Source: Chloroflexota bacterium
GTDB taxonomy: Bacteria > Chloroflexota > Dehalococcoidia > Lucifugimonadales > JADFKI01
Assembly: GCA_027623195.1 (NCBI GenBank)
Contig: JAQBUT010000027.1
Span: 1-36,872 of the forward strand
Reading direction: 5' to 3'
DNA length: 36,872 nucleotides
Of the stretch, positions 36,189 to 36,872 are shown piece after piece (positions within the stretch are counted from its first letter, which is position 1; every line of letters begins with the position of its first letter). The notes below the pieces were generated by a model. The model was given only the letters and a program-made list of their open reading frames with translations, was not told where the DNA came from and made no database searches. The position numbers were made by a program, and so were the translations under genes.

Positions 36189-36539
36189 CTAATTTCTCAC
36201 TACGAAAAATAGGACGGGCGCCGCGACAAGCAAGGCGGTGCCAACAAGCAGGGCCACAATCAGAAGTTTGGGCTTAGTATTTCGCTGCTCGCTCTGTGTC
36301 AATAGTGGAATCCATATGGGAAGCATCACCGCAGGAAATATCGCCACAGAGAGGTCATAAACAATCCAAAGTACGATGAGTACCACTGTAGCTGTGACAC
36401 AGAAGCCTACCTGAAGACGTGTTGGAGAACGACGCTCTTTAATCGAACCTCCCTTTGCTTTCAGGACAAGGAAGATCAATCCAACCAATATGACAAGGGC
36501 AGCAATCGCAATGGCGATCGGAGCAATGAAATTCGCCAT
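36189..36539 (-). CDS. Hypothetical small membrane protein
   Basis: AAGGAGGT RBS and 3-4 hydrophobic segments. Confidence 0.7.
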   Translation of the reverse strand: MANFIAPIAIAIAALVILVGLIFLVLKAKGGSIKERRSPTRLQVGFCVTATVVLIVLWIVYDLSVAIFPAVMLPIWIPLLTQSEQRNTKPKLLIVALLVGTALLVAAPVLFFVVRN

Positions 36540-36779
36540 CAGGCGTACCTCCTTCTATCTCGATTGTGCGGTGGTTGGTGTGAGGAAGTCGTGAACTTAG
36601 GTTAACTTGCCAGGAGAAAGCACACCTGTGACGTAAAGAAGGAAGTTGTATGGCCGAAAGGCAGACTGGCCGATATGTAACATTTATTTAACAACCGGGT
36701 AATATCCGTTAGAGCCTTTCCAAGTCGATCGGAACTCCATTCCTCTAGATGAGGTGAATTTGAGTGCGGTTTGTGGCGT

Positions 36780-36808
36780 TTGACAATTTCAGAATGCCGC
36801 CATATAGT
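36780..36808 (+). promoter_or_regulatory. Sigma70-type promoter of the next gene
   Basis: TTGACA (36780-36785), 17 nt, TATAGT (36803-36808). Confidence 0.7.
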
Positions 36809-36828
36809 CGGTGCTATCTCAGGAGAGC

Positions 36829-36872
36829 ATGGTTATGCAAGGACTGGATGCCATCTGGGAAATATCGGCTTG
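36829..36872 (+). CDS. 5' end of a CDS running out of the window (MVMQGLDAIWEISA...)
   Basis: Promoter, AGGAG RBS at 36821-36825, then ATG 36829 or 36835; frame open to the window end. Confidence 0.55.
   Translation, partial: MVMQGLDAIWEISA

Overview
Mostly core-genome bacterial DNA. Gene content and order (DUF6391, DUF3105, dapL, apgM-type PGM, hisZ plus long hisG, PadR/HAAS/DegV, paralogous amidase and hydratase) suggest Chloroflexota, probably Dehalococcoidia/SAR202; this is an inference. From left to right: an HTH-pseudoreceiver regulator, tRNA-Arg(UCU), a DUF6391 protein, a small monocistronic HTH protein, ctpA-smpB, and a stand-alone winged-helix/TIR-like protein. Next is a minus-strand run tsaC-polyprenyl synthase homolog-pgk-apgM-tpiA-miaA-dapF-dapL-hflX and a purine cluster (guaA, MazG-like, purD, purE, purC, DUF3105, purS). 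A his operon follows (hisZ, hisG, Zn-dependent PLC-family gene, hisD, hydratase, hisC, hisB), then a ~600-bp structured intergenic region, padR-membrane protein-degV, MFS-methyltransferase, an amidase with a GatC/AtzG-like partner and a small membrane protein. No transposase, integrase or CRISPR array was seen. The best leads are: (1) a Zn-PLC-family gene coupled to hisD that could be the missing histidinol-phosphatase; (2) an unassigned ~310-nt structured RNA upstream of the his promoter; (3) probable AUU start codons on hflX and possibly tsaC; (4) several apparent pseudoenzymes. All family assignments are from motif recognition by eye, not from database searches.
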